Assembly: GCA_020848745.1 (NCBI GenBank)
Contig: JADLHM010000110.1
Span: forward strand, 12,688-76,687
Direction of reading: 5' to 3'
Origin: Deltaproteobacteria bacterium
GTDB lineage: Bacteria; Desulfobacterota; Binatia; UTPRO1
Length of the DNA stretch: 64,000 bases
The position numbers were made by a program, and so were the translations under genes. Below the pieces are notes generated by a model. The model made no database searches and had not been told where the DNA came from. It saw nothing but the letters and a program-made list of their open reading frames with translations. Position 1 is the first letter of the stretch. Each line of letters begins with the position of its first letter. Shown in pieces: positions 38,745-47,427 of the stretch.

Positions 38745-38809
38745 TGGTCCGGCGCGATGGTCAATCCACCGGCACGGGCTTCGGGCTCACCGTTCTCCAG
38801 CCGCCACGT

Positions 38810-38847
38810 CAGTGCCGACGCCGCTGGTCACAGCAACGTCGGCACTG
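38810..38847. terminator. bidirectional stem-loop between convergent genes
   Basis: Perfect 11-bp inverted repeat CAGTGCCGACG-N16-CGTCGGCACTG, 65 nt after the paralog G stop, spanning the stop codon of the minus-strand secreted protein gene. Confidence 0.35.
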
Positions 38848-39745
38848 GCGGTAGCAGGTAACCGGTGCCGAAGGTCCCGAGTGCTTCGGCGAAGAAGATC
38901 AGCCGGGTCGCGCGCGGGGGAAAGACGAACGAGGTGAAGCGGATGCTGCCGCTCGAGCCGCCGACGTCGGCGCCCACGACCGTCGCGAGGTTGGTCACCA
39001 CGACGCCCGTCGCCGTGAATCCGGTGTCGGCGATCGTGGATCCGTCGGCGCCCGCGGCGAAGACGTTCCAGTCCGTCGCGCCGACCTGCGCGCGGAGCGG
39101 CAGGCCCGAGACATCCTCGAAGTTCACGAAGATGAGCTGGTCGCCCCCGAGATCCGAGGAGGCGAGATCGTCCGGGTTGTAATAGGCGGAGAGATCGAGG
39201 CCACTCGGGAGGATCGGCCGCAGCGAGACCATCTGGTTGTCGATGGTGGCGCCGAAGTCGGGAAAGCTGTCGTCGGCGTTCACGGCCGAGCGCGCCGCGG
39301 CGGGGGCGCCCCACGCCGAGCCGGTCGCGAGATTCGCGACCGTGAAGTTGCCGGTGAGGGCGGCGCTCACGATGGCCGTCCCGACCTCGTTCACGCCGGT
39401 TGCGAAGGCGGCGCCGGCCTGCGCGGGGAGACCGCTCGCGCGCAGCTCGCCGACGTCGAGCACGCGGAGCCCGAACGCGGGCAGGGTGATCGTGTGGGCG
39501 AACGGCACACCGTCGAAGCCGGGCGCGTAGAAGAGCACCGTGACCGTCAACTCGCCCGGCATGACGTTCCGCACGGTGAGAAACGTGGTGAAGTTCTCTC
39601 GCGCGTCGTAGTAGAAGACCAGCTGGTCGCCCTGGGTATCGGGCCGCTCGAGCGCCGCCGGCGCTGGAGGGATGAATGCTTCGACCTGCGAGGTCCATCC
39701 CAGGAGCCACCACGCCACGAGGGCCAACACCGTCCGTCTCCGCAT
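38828..39745 (-). CDS. secreted hypothetical protein (Gly/Ala/Thr-rich, signal peptide)
   Basis: ORF 38828..39820 trimmed to MRRRTVLALVAWWLLGWTSQVEA (signal peptide) with GGAGG RBS. No family recognised. Confidence 0.5.
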   Translation of the reverse strand: MRRRTVLALVAWWLLGWTSQVEAFIPPAPAALERPDTQGDQLVFYYDARENFTTFLTVRNVMPGELTVTVLFYAPGFDGVPFAHTITLPAFGLRVLDVGELRASGLPAQAGAAFATGVNEVGTAIVSAALTGNFTVANLATGSAWGAPAAARSAVNADDSFPDFGATIDNQMVSLRPILPSGLDLSAYYNPDDLASSDLGGDQLIFVNFEDVSGLPLRAQVGATDWNVFAAGADGSTIADTGFTATGVVVTNLATVVGADVGGSSGSIRFTSFVFPPRATRLIFFAEALGTFGTGYLLPPVPTLL

Positions 39746-40185
39746 ACCGCCTCCTCGCCGATGGAGTGTCCGTGAAGCGCCCCCGCTGCCGTCGCCGGGC
39801 GGCTGCGGACACGCCTTCACGGATCTCGAACAGCCCTAACCGAGCACGTCCCCGGCGTCTAGTGAGATGAGGTCCATCATGCTTCGGGCTGACGTTCTTC
39901 GCGATGGCGGCGATGCTCTTTCGGCTCACCCCGAGTGCGAGTAGAGCCACAAGCCAAACAAGGCCGCGCTCAGGAGCACCAAGGCCTCACAGCAAGCGAT
40001 GAAGACGATGAGGCGCTCCCCCGTCCGGGCCTTCGGTTCGTCCGGATCGAGCAGGAAGCCGCGTTCCGTACGCTCGACTCCGAACCAACGCGACCATCGG
40101 CTTCCCGCCATGCCGCGGTCCTACCCGGAGCCGCCGACGGAATCCGCGGCGCGGACGTCCACGCCGTACGTCGGCGCGAGCCGCT

Positions 40186-40740
40186 TCACCGCTGCGCGGC
40201 GGCCGACGCCTGCAGGCCCGACGCCGGCTCGTAGGCGAGCACCTCGACCAGGAGGACCCGCCGGCGGGTCGTGCCGACGGTCCGGCGATAGCGGACGAGC
40301 CGCCCCGTTTCGGGGTCGAACTCGGCGCGCAGGTCGACCGCCGGCGTGTCGCCGACCGCCTCGATGGTCGTCCAGCGGAGATCGGTCTGTAGCAGGTCGA
40401 AGATCCCCTGGACCGAGTAGTCGTCGCGCTCCCGGTCGGCGCCGCCGACCGGGTGGCCGTCGCGGGTGCGCTTCACGAGGGTGCCGCCCGCCACCTCGAT
40501 CTCCCATACCTCCACCGGAGCGCGTGGCGGCCGCACCCGCACGACCGCGCGATAGGAGCTGGAACCGTGCGCCTGCCAGCGCTGGCGGGCCGCCGCCAGC
40601 GACGCCTCGGTCAACGGCTCCATCGGGGGCGGCCCGAGCAGTGAGCAGCCGGCGAGCAGCAGCAGGACGGCTCCCCATGCCGTCCTTGCCCGCCGGCTGG
40701 TCGTCGCGTGACCAGGGCGTGCCGTGCCTGAGTCGGTCAC
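40186..40740 (-). CDS. hypothetical lipoprotein
   Basis: 184-aa ORF with signal plus LLAGCS lipobox. No family recognised. Confidence 0.45.
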   Translation of the reverse strand: MTDSGTARPGHATTSRRARTAWGAVLLLLAGCSLLGPPPMEPLTEASLAAARQRWQAHGSSSYRAVVRVRPPRAPVEVWEIEVAGGTLVKRTRDGHPVGGADRERDDYSVQGIFDLLQTDLRWTTIEAVGDTPAVDLRAEFDPETGRLVRYRRTVGTTRRRVLLVEVLAYEPASGLQASAAAQR

Positions 40741-40760
40741 GCGAACCTCCTTACTTCACT

Positions 40761-43175
40761 TCAGGACGTCAGGGCGTGCTCGATCTCTTCCTCGTGGGCG
40801 GCCCAGTCCTTCTCGTAGACCGTCCATTCGCCTTCCTCGAGCTCGAGCTCACGAACGAGCACGCGGCCCCTCGACAGGATGAACCAGAGGAGAGGCAGGA
40901 CGCCGCCGAAGAGGAAGATGACCCCTCCGATCGTGCGCAGCCAGGTCAACTTCACCCACACGGGGCCGGTCACGAAGTCGTTGGTCCGGGCGTACCAGAA
41001 CCCGTGCGTCACGACCGCCGCCATCTGATACAGACCGACGGGAAACAGATCGAGCACCATCATCAGCACGAGTCCAGCCTGGAGCGACCAGAAACTCGTC
41101 CGGAGGAGCTTCTCGTTCCAGGCGGCGCGCGGGAACAAGTGCTGGCAGCAGAACAGTACGCCAGCCAGGGCGATGTTGCCCTTCACCCCGAACATCGCGG
41201 CGTGGGCATGATTGTGCGTCAGGTACGTCCCGTGCTCGAAGTAGTTCACGATCGGAAGGTTGATCAATGAGCCGAAGACCCCCGCGCCGACGATGTTCCA
41301 GAAGTTGCATGCGAGGATGAACAGCCACACGCCTTCCATCACGAATTTCTGCTTCCCTTGGGCCCTGTGCTCGCCCGCCCGGAGCTTCTCGTTCCGCATG
41401 CGCCACGCGTCCAGCGTCATCAGCAGGAGGGGCAGCACCTGCATGGTGGAGAAGACGCTCCCGAGCGCGATGATGCCCGTCGGCTTGGCGATCCAGTAGA
41501 AGTTGTGGGAAATGCCGACGATCGCCGTGATCAGAAACATCATCACGGCCAAGAAGATGACCCGTTCCGCCATGGAGCGGTTCAACAGTCCCATCTGCAC
41601 GAGCAGATAGGCGACGATGCAGGTCGTGAACACCTCGAACGTGACCTCGACCCACATGTGCACGGTCATCCAGCGCCAGTAGTCCGTGATGGCGAAGTTC
41701 CCGCTCGGCGTCGCGCCGAGCCCGAAGAACAGGAACAACACCATGATGCCGCTGCCGTAGAACAGCCATGCTGGCACCGACCACATGTTCTGCTTCGTGA
41801 TCCACGGCCGCACGCCCCGGTAGATGATCGCGATCCAGAGTACGAACGAGGCGAGCATCAGGATGTGCCAGAAGCGGCCGAGCTCCATGAACTCCCAGCC
41901 CTGGCTCCCGAGCCAGTACGACGCGGTGTCGCTCATGTATCCCATGTGTCCGAAATAGATGCCGAACAGCGCGCCGGCGCCGACGATCACGCAGAGCGCG
42001 AACAGCAAATTGATCAAGAAGCGCTGCCCGTTCGGTACGCGCGAGAGCCGCGGCAAGAAGAAAATCGTGTAGCCGACCCAGCACATGAAGAACCAGTAGA
42101 TCTGCAGGATCGTGTGCCACGCTCTGGTCACCGTGAAGGAGAAGGGGACGCCGAGAACCTTGACGATCGCCGTCCCGGGTCCGCCGCTGACGAAGTCCTC
42201 GGCGCTCAGGATGCCGGCGAGGACCTGGGCCAGGAAGAGGATCACGGCGAACGCGAAGAACTTGTAGGTGGCGCGTTGCGTGGGTCGAACGAACTCGTAG
42301 CCGCGCTCCAGCTCCGCGGTCGTCAGCGTTCCGCCGTTGGCGCCGTTGAACGGATCGCCGGGCAACTCCTTCATCTGGCCGTAGACGTAGAGCACCAGCA
42401 TCGCCCCCGCGAACAGCACCAGGATCGACAGGAAGCTCCACATCACGGTCGGCGTGGTCGGCACGTTCCCGGCGTCGGGATCGTACGGCCAGTTGTGCGT
42501 GTAGCTGTAGGGCTCACCCGGCCGCTTGGCGCCGGAGACCCAGCCGCCCCAGAAGAAGTATGCGGAGAGCGCCCGCAGGTCGTTCGGGTCGGTGATGTAG
42601 TTCGCCAACCGGAACTTCGCCGGATACGTCGGGTCCGTGAACACCCGCGCATAGTGCGTCTGCAGATCCTGATACGCGCGGATCTGGGCGTCGTTGATGC
42701 GGATGACGCCCGCGGCCTCGTCGTAGCCGTTCTCCTTGATCTCGCGCTGCACCCGCACCGCGATCGCGTCGCGGTCGGTTTGGCTCGAGGTGCCGCCGCT
42801 CGCCGCTTGGGCCTCGTAGAACGACCGCATGGAGACGACCGTGTGGTGCAGGGCCTCGGCGGTGAAGTCCGGTCCCCGTTCCGCGCCGTCGCCCCAGAAC
42901 GATCCCCAGGACATCAGGCCGCGGATGTGGAACAGCTCCTGTCCGCGCAGGATGTCGGAGAGCGGGATCACCTCCTTGCCGGTGCTGGCCGACACGAACG
43001 GAACGCGCGGCGGAGCGCTGCCGTACGTCCAGGTGCCGAGAGCGATCAACCCGAGCAGGCTGACCGCGGTGACGATCGCGAATTGGGTCAGCCAATTCGG
43101 CTTGGCGAGCATCCATTTGCCGAGGTTCTGCCTCGTCCGGGAGTTTCGGGTGCGTGCTTTCACGTCAGTGTGCAT
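40761..43175 (-). CDS. norZ: quinol-dependent nitric oxide reductase (qNOR, NorZ-type, large single subunit)
   Basis: 804 aa. N-terminal TM plus periplasmic domain fused to a 12-helix heme-copper oxidase core. Conserved His ligands including HNHAHAAMFGVKGN and GHMGYM. Start may be the internal Met (MLAKPNW). Confidence 0.85.
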   Translation of the reverse strand: MHTDVKARTRNSRTRQNLGKWMLAKPNWLTQFAIVTAVSLLGLIALGTWTYGSAPPRVPFVSASTGKEVIPLSDILRGQELFHIRGLMSWGSFWGDGAERGPDFTAEALHHTVVSMRSFYEAQAASGGTSSQTDRDAIAVRVQREIKENGYDEAAGVIRINDAQIRAYQDLQTHYARVFTDPTYPAKFRLANYITDPNDLRALSAYFFWGGWVSGAKRPGEPYSYTHNWPYDPDAGNVPTTPTVMWSFLSILVLFAGAMLVLYVYGQMKELPGDPFNGANGGTLTTAELERGYEFVRPTQRATYKFFAFAVILFLAQVLAGILSAEDFVSGGPGTAIVKVLGVPFSFTVTRAWHTILQIYWFFMCWVGYTIFFLPRLSRVPNGQRFLINLLFALCVIVGAGALFGIYFGHMGYMSDTASYWLGSQGWEFMELGRFWHILMLASFVLWIAIIYRGVRPWITKQNMWSVPAWLFYGSGIMVLFLFFGLGATPSGNFAITDYWRWMTVHMWVEVTFEVFTTCIVAYLLVQMGLLNRSMAERVIFLAVMMFLITAIVGISHNFYWIAKPTGIIALGSVFSTMQVLPLLLMTLDAWRMRNEKLRAGEHRAQGKQKFVMEGVWLFILACNFWNIVGAGVFGSLINLPIVNYFEHGTYLTHNHAHAAMFGVKGNIALAGVLFCCQHLFPRAAWNEKLLRTSFWSLQAGLVLMMVLDLFPVGLYQMAAVVTHGFWYARTNDFVTGPVWVKLTWLRTIGGVIFLFGGVLPLLWFILSRGRVLVRELELEEGEWTVYEKDWAAHEEEIEHALTS

Positions 43176-43214
43176 GTGATGATCCTCCTCACGTGTGCGT
43201 CACTGTGGCGGGGC

Positions 43215-43667
43215 TCACGACGCGAACGCCGTGGGCACCTCGGCGGCGCCGTTGAAGAAGCGCTGCAGGCTCTGGTTGTACCGATAGAAGGCGTCTACCT
43301 CGAGTTGATCCGGTCCGCTGACGCGCATCGGATCGTCGGGGAACGTCAGGTAGTTGAGCGTGTGCGTGAGGTCGGGCCCGGCGTTGGCGCGGATGTTCTC
43401 GATCATCTCGCGCCAGGTCTCGAGCGAGGCCTCGAGCACGAAATGCTCGGACGTCGCTTCCTTCAGGTTGGCCAGCTTCCGCACCGAGGATGTCTTGAAG
43501 CCGTCGAACCCGACCTCGTAGAGCTGCGTGCCCGCGGGAGCCTCGACCTGGACCACCATCGTGCACTCGAGGGGGCCGAGTTCGCGGTACCCTGCTTCGT
43601 CCTGGTCCATGCGGCGCGCGAGCGCCTCGAACCACTGCGTCGACGGAAACAGCGTCGTGTCGGTCAT
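43215..43667 (-). CDS. hypothetical protein (SCP2/sterol-carrier-like?)
   Basis: 150-aa acidic soluble protein MTDTTLFPSTQWFEALARRMDQDE.... Between the diiron protein gene and norZ. Assignment tentative. Confidence 0.45.
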   Translation of the reverse strand: MTDTTLFPSTQWFEALARRMDQDEAGYRELGPLECTMVVQVEAPAGTQLYEVGFDGFKTSSVRKLANLKEATSEHFVLEASLETWREMIENIRANAGPDLTHTLNYLTFPDDPMRVSGPDQLEVDAFYRYNQSLQRFFNGAAEVPTAFAS

Positions 43668-43681
43668 GGGATGGTCTCCTC

Positions 43682-44785
43682 CTAGGCAGCGAGATCTTCG
43701 TACGGGATCTCTTTGGGTATGGTCAGGCGCGGCTCGCGATCGAGCCCCGCGATCTCGAGGCGACGCAGGTATTCCTTCACCTGCTTGGCGTAGATGAACG
43801 CCATGCGCTGCATGCCGAGCTCGATGTTGGCGAGCCCGCCGCCCGCGAGGATCGCGCGCGGCTCCGACGTTTGCGGTTCGAGCGTGAGCGTGAAGATCGC
43901 CTGCTCGCCGAGGTCGAGGATCTTGTGCACCTGCTCGGCGCGGTCGGGATGGCGCTCGAGGAAGTACTTGAGGTGCTTCACGCCGTAGGCGACGTGGCGC
44001 GCCTCGTCCTGCATGCAGAGGCGGAAGATCGCCTTCTCAACCTCGGTCGGGGCGAGGAACTCACCCTGGCGGAAGAGTGTGAGGACGAAGCCCTCGCCGA
44101 AGATGTGCATGAGGGCGCTCGCGGTCGTGTAGTCCGGCGCCTCGAGGATGGTCGCGAGGAGCTCCTCCTGGCCGGGCGACGCCATCAGGAGGCCGCCGCC
44201 GTTGGCGAGCGCGCGCTTGCGGAAGACGTCGAGGTGGCGCGCTTCGTCGAAGATCTGGCTCGCGAGGAAGAGTTTCACCTCGTGGAAGTCGTGGTTGATC
44301 CGGCAGAGCCACTTGGCCGGCATGTCGCCGGCGACGAACTCGACCTCGGTCAAGCCCGTGCACATCTGGCAGACGGCGCGCTCGATGTCGTCGGGGAGCT
44401 TCTGGAGCTTGTCCCACGGGACGTCGGTGACCGAGTTCCACTGCCGAACGACGGCCTCGTCGTAGAGCAGGCCGGCGTTTTCCGCCCAGACCTCGGACAT
44501 CTCGTTCATCGTGTACATGGGGAGGGACCGGGTGCCGGGCGGCACTTCGCAGCCGCGCGGTGCCATGCTGCCGTGCTCCGAGCCGTGCTCGGGCACCTGT
44601 CCGTAGTAGCCCGTCTCGATGTCGCGCATACGGAGCCCCGTGGGGCCCGCCGTGGCCTGGTGTCCCCATCCCGCGGGATTGGCCTGCATCCATTTCAGGT
44701 CGAAGTTGCCCTTCGCCATGTCTCGCATGCGGTCGAGTCCGACTTCGACGGTCGGGGTGTATTTCCCTGGGGGGTAGTTGCTCAT
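43682..44785 (-). CDS. ferritin-like diiron-carboxylate protein (putative diiron oxygenase, AurF/R2-like ligand pattern)
   Basis: 367 aa. Ligand pattern TEVEF ... FDEARH ... GEGF ... QDEARH (E, ExxH, E, ExxH) characteristic of dinuclear iron four-helix-bundle enzymes. Confidence 0.6.
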   Translation of the reverse strand: MSNYPPGKYTPTVEVGLDRMRDMAKGNFDLKWMQANPAGWGHQATAGPTGLRMRDIETGYYGQVPEHGSEHGSMAPRGCEVPPGTRSLPMYTMNEMSEVWAENAGLLYDEAVVRQWNSVTDVPWDKLQKLPDDIERAVCQMCTGLTEVEFVAGDMPAKWLCRINHDFHEVKLFLASQIFDEARHLDVFRKRALANGGGLLMASPGQEELLATILEAPDYTTASALMHIFGEGFVLTLFRQGEFLAPTEVEKAIFRLCMQDEARHVAYGVKHLKYFLERHPDRAEQVHKILDLGEQAIFTLTLEPQTSEPRAILAGGGLANIELGMQRMAFIYAKQVKEYLRRLEIAGLDREPRLTIPKEIPYEDLAA

Positions 44786-44997
44786 CGTGGCCTCCTGTTA
44801 GTGTGTGCGTTGACCGCCGCCGCGGCGCGCCGCCGCGAGAGCAGGATGTCTGCAGGGTCCAGCGTACGGATCACTGTGCAGCCTTCCTACCGGTTGGACG
44901 GCTGCGCGGGATGACGTCGGTCATGGTTCACGATGACGCATCGCCACGGGGTGGCCGACACGGGGCAAGGAGGACTCCGTGGCGGTCCGTGGTCAGG

Positions 44998-47427
44998 TCA
45001 TCCCGCCACTCCCGACGCGAACGGCGCCCCCGTGCCCCCGCCGATGCCGTGCTCGGTGCGCCGGATGATCTCGTCCTGCATCTCGGGTGTGAGGTCGCCG
45101 AAGTAGGCGCAGTAGCCAGAGATGCGGACGAGCAGGTGTGGATGCCGCTCGGGGTGGGCGCGGGCTTCACGCAGGACCGCGGTGTCGAGGACGTTCGTCT
45201 GGAGCTGCATGCCGCCGCGACGGAAGTAGGCGCCGAGCAGGGCGACGAACGCGGCGCGTCCGGTGTGACCGCGGAGCGTGTGCGGATCGAAGCGCGCGTT
45301 CAGGTTGGCGCCGTTCCGGACGCGGCCGAAGTCGATGCGGTTCACCGAGTTGAAGAGGGCCGTCGGCCCCGCGCGGTCCATGCCGTCGGCGGGTGCGATG
45401 CCCGACGCGAAGGGCGCGCCGCGACGGCGGCCATTGGCCGACGCACCCGTCCGGCTGCCGAAGTACTGGTGCGTCGTCATCGAGTAGAGCCCGGTGGTGT
45501 AGGGGCCGCCACGTGTGTTGGCGTACGCGCCGAGCGCGCGGGTGAAGGCGTCGACGACGTACGCGGTCCACGCGTCGGTCTCGGGCCGGTCGTTGCCGAA
45601 CTTCTCGAGTCGGCGGAGGTATCCGCACAGCTCGTCGTCGGGCAGGTCGCGCTTCAGCTGATCGACGAGCGCGGGCAGCCCGAGCCGCTCGTCCGCGAAG
45701 ACGGCACGCGCGATCGCGTGGAGGCTGTCGCCGGTGTCGCTGGCGCCGACGCCCTGGATGCCCGACCCGTTGTAGACGGCGCCCCCGGCCGTCGAGCACG
45801 TGCCTTGCTCGACGCACCCCGCGAGCAACATGCTGGTGAGGGGCGTCGGGTGGAACTTCCGGTGCGCGCGCTCGACGGCCTGCAGATCGCGCACCAGGCG
45901 GTCGACCTGGAAGGCGAGCTGAGTCTCGAAGGCCGCGCGCACGTCGTCCATCGTTCGCAGCCGCGACGGGTGCGGCGTGCGTGGGCCGCTGCGGCGGCGC
46001 ATGCCGAAGCGCCGCCCCTCGTTCAGCGCCAGCTCGAGGACGATCGGGAGATTGAAGAGCGCCGCGTCCGTCGAACCGAACGTGCGGCCCGGCGCGATTG
46101 GCTCGACGCACCCGCAGATCGCGTAGTCGTGGGCGTCGTCGTCGGCATAGCCGTTTGCTCGGAGCGCGGGGACGATGACGGCATCGTTGTAGAGCGCCGG
46201 AGCGTTGGCGCCGCCGCAGAGCACCTCGGCGACGCGCTCGACGTAGGCGCGTGGCGCCTCCGCGTGCAGGCGCGCGTGGAAGTTCGGTTGGCGCATGCGG
46301 AGCTCGTCGGCGAGCTCGAGGAGGACGTAGGTGAGCTCGTTGGTCGCGTCCCGTCCGGCGCGGTCGGTCCCGCCCATCGTGACGGCCTGGCCGCTCATGA
46401 GGCCGCCGTGCATGCGGGTCGCGGTCTCGGAGAACACCGGCACGACCTCGCAGAGCTTGATCGCGAACGCCGCCAGCCACTCCTTGGCGCCCTCGCGGTC
46501 GAGGACGCCGCGCGCGCGGTCGCGCAGGTAGTAGGGCATCAACAGCTGATCGAGGCGCCCCGGACTGATGCCGTTGTCGAGGCTCTCGAGGTTGAGGGCG
46601 ATCTGGGCGAACGTGATCGACTGCACGGCCTCGACGAACGACCGCGCGCCGAAGCGCGGCACGCGGCGGCAGGTCGCGGCGACGAGGCCGAGCTCTGCGC
46701 GCCGCGCCGTGTCCGTCTCGTGGGCGGCGAGCCGTTCCGCGACCGGGGCGTAGCGCTCGCCGAAGCGCGCGAGGGCGTCGGCGATGATGGCGACGCCTTC
46801 GAGGAACGCCCATTGCTCGGACGCGGGCCCGTGGAGCTGCTGGGCGGCGCGCGCCTCCTTCGCGATGCCGTCCGTGCCGATCGCGATCAGCTTCGCGTAG
46901 TCGGGCACGACGTGCGCGATGCCGGCGAGCTCGTTCAGCACGTAGTGCCGCGGCGCGAGCTGCTCGCGCAGGAAGGAGGCCTTGTTCCACGGCGAGCGGT
47001 AGACGCGGAACCCGAGCATGCGCGGCGCCCAGAACGGCATGATGCGCTGCAGGGCGGCGATCTCGTCGCGGCTCACCGCCAGCGGGTTCACGCGCCGATG
47101 GGGAAAAGTCGCGATCTCGCGCAGCATCGCCACGCCGTGCAGCTCGGGATAGATGGCGCCGCCGACGCGCTTCGACGAGAAGTTGCCGACCACGAGCTCG
47201 TCCGGGTGGATGCGGACCTGTTTTTTCGCGAGCACGTGCGCGAGCGCCTCCGCGGCCTGGATCGCGCGCGGTTTCGCCCGGTTGCCGCGGTCCGCGAAGT
47301 ATTCCGTCCAGAGGAGGGCGCGTTCGGGGCACACGGCCGGGGCGGCCTGCTGGACGGCGTCTTTCAGGCGCGCGATGCGCGACGGGGAGACGGAGGCGGG
47401 GCGGAGCTCAGTCGCAGACGACGACAT
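44998..47427 (-). CDS. glycyl radical enzyme, PFL2/glycerol-dehydratase (1,2-eliminase) clade, substrate unknown
   Basis: 809 aa from MSSSATELRPAS (ATG at 47427). Glycyl radical motif RISGYCAYFGDL near the C-terminus. Active-site loop AICGCVEPIAPG (Cys-x-Glu, typical of CutC/HypD/GDH-type eliminases rather than the PFL CC motif). Confidence 0.85.
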   Translation of the reverse strand: MSSSATELRPASVSPSRIARLKDAVQQAAPAVCPERALLWTEYFADRGNRAKPRAIQAAEALAHVLAKKQVRIHPDELVVGNFSSKRVGGAIYPELHGVAMLREIATFPHRRVNPLAVSRDEIAALQRIMPFWAPRMLGFRVYRSPWNKASFLREQLAPRHYVLNELAGIAHVVPDYAKLIAIGTDGIAKEARAAQQLHGPASEQWAFLEGVAIIADALARFGERYAPVAERLAAHETDTARRAELGLVAATCRRVPRFGARSFVEAVQSITFAQIALNLESLDNGISPGRLDQLLMPYYLRDRARGVLDREGAKEWLAAFAIKLCEVVPVFSETATRMHGGLMSGQAVTMGGTDRAGRDATNELTYVLLELADELRMRQPNFHARLHAEAPRAYVERVAEVLCGGANAPALYNDAVIVPALRANGYADDDAHDYAICGCVEPIAPGRTFGSTDAALFNLPIVLELALNEGRRFGMRRRSGPRTPHPSRLRTMDDVRAAFETQLAFQVDRLVRDLQAVERAHRKFHPTPLTSMLLAGCVEQGTCSTAGGAVYNGSGIQGVGASDTGDSLHAIARAVFADERLGLPALVDQLKRDLPDDELCGYLRRLEKFGNDRPETDAWTAYVVDAFTRALGAYANTRGGPYTTGLYSMTTHQYFGSRTGASANGRRRGAPFASGIAPADGMDRAGPTALFNSVNRIDFGRVRNGANLNARFDPHTLRGHTGRAAFVALLGAYFRRGGMQLQTNVLDTAVLREARAHPERHPHLLVRISGYCAYFGDLTPEMQDEIIRRTEHGIGGGTGAPFASGVAG

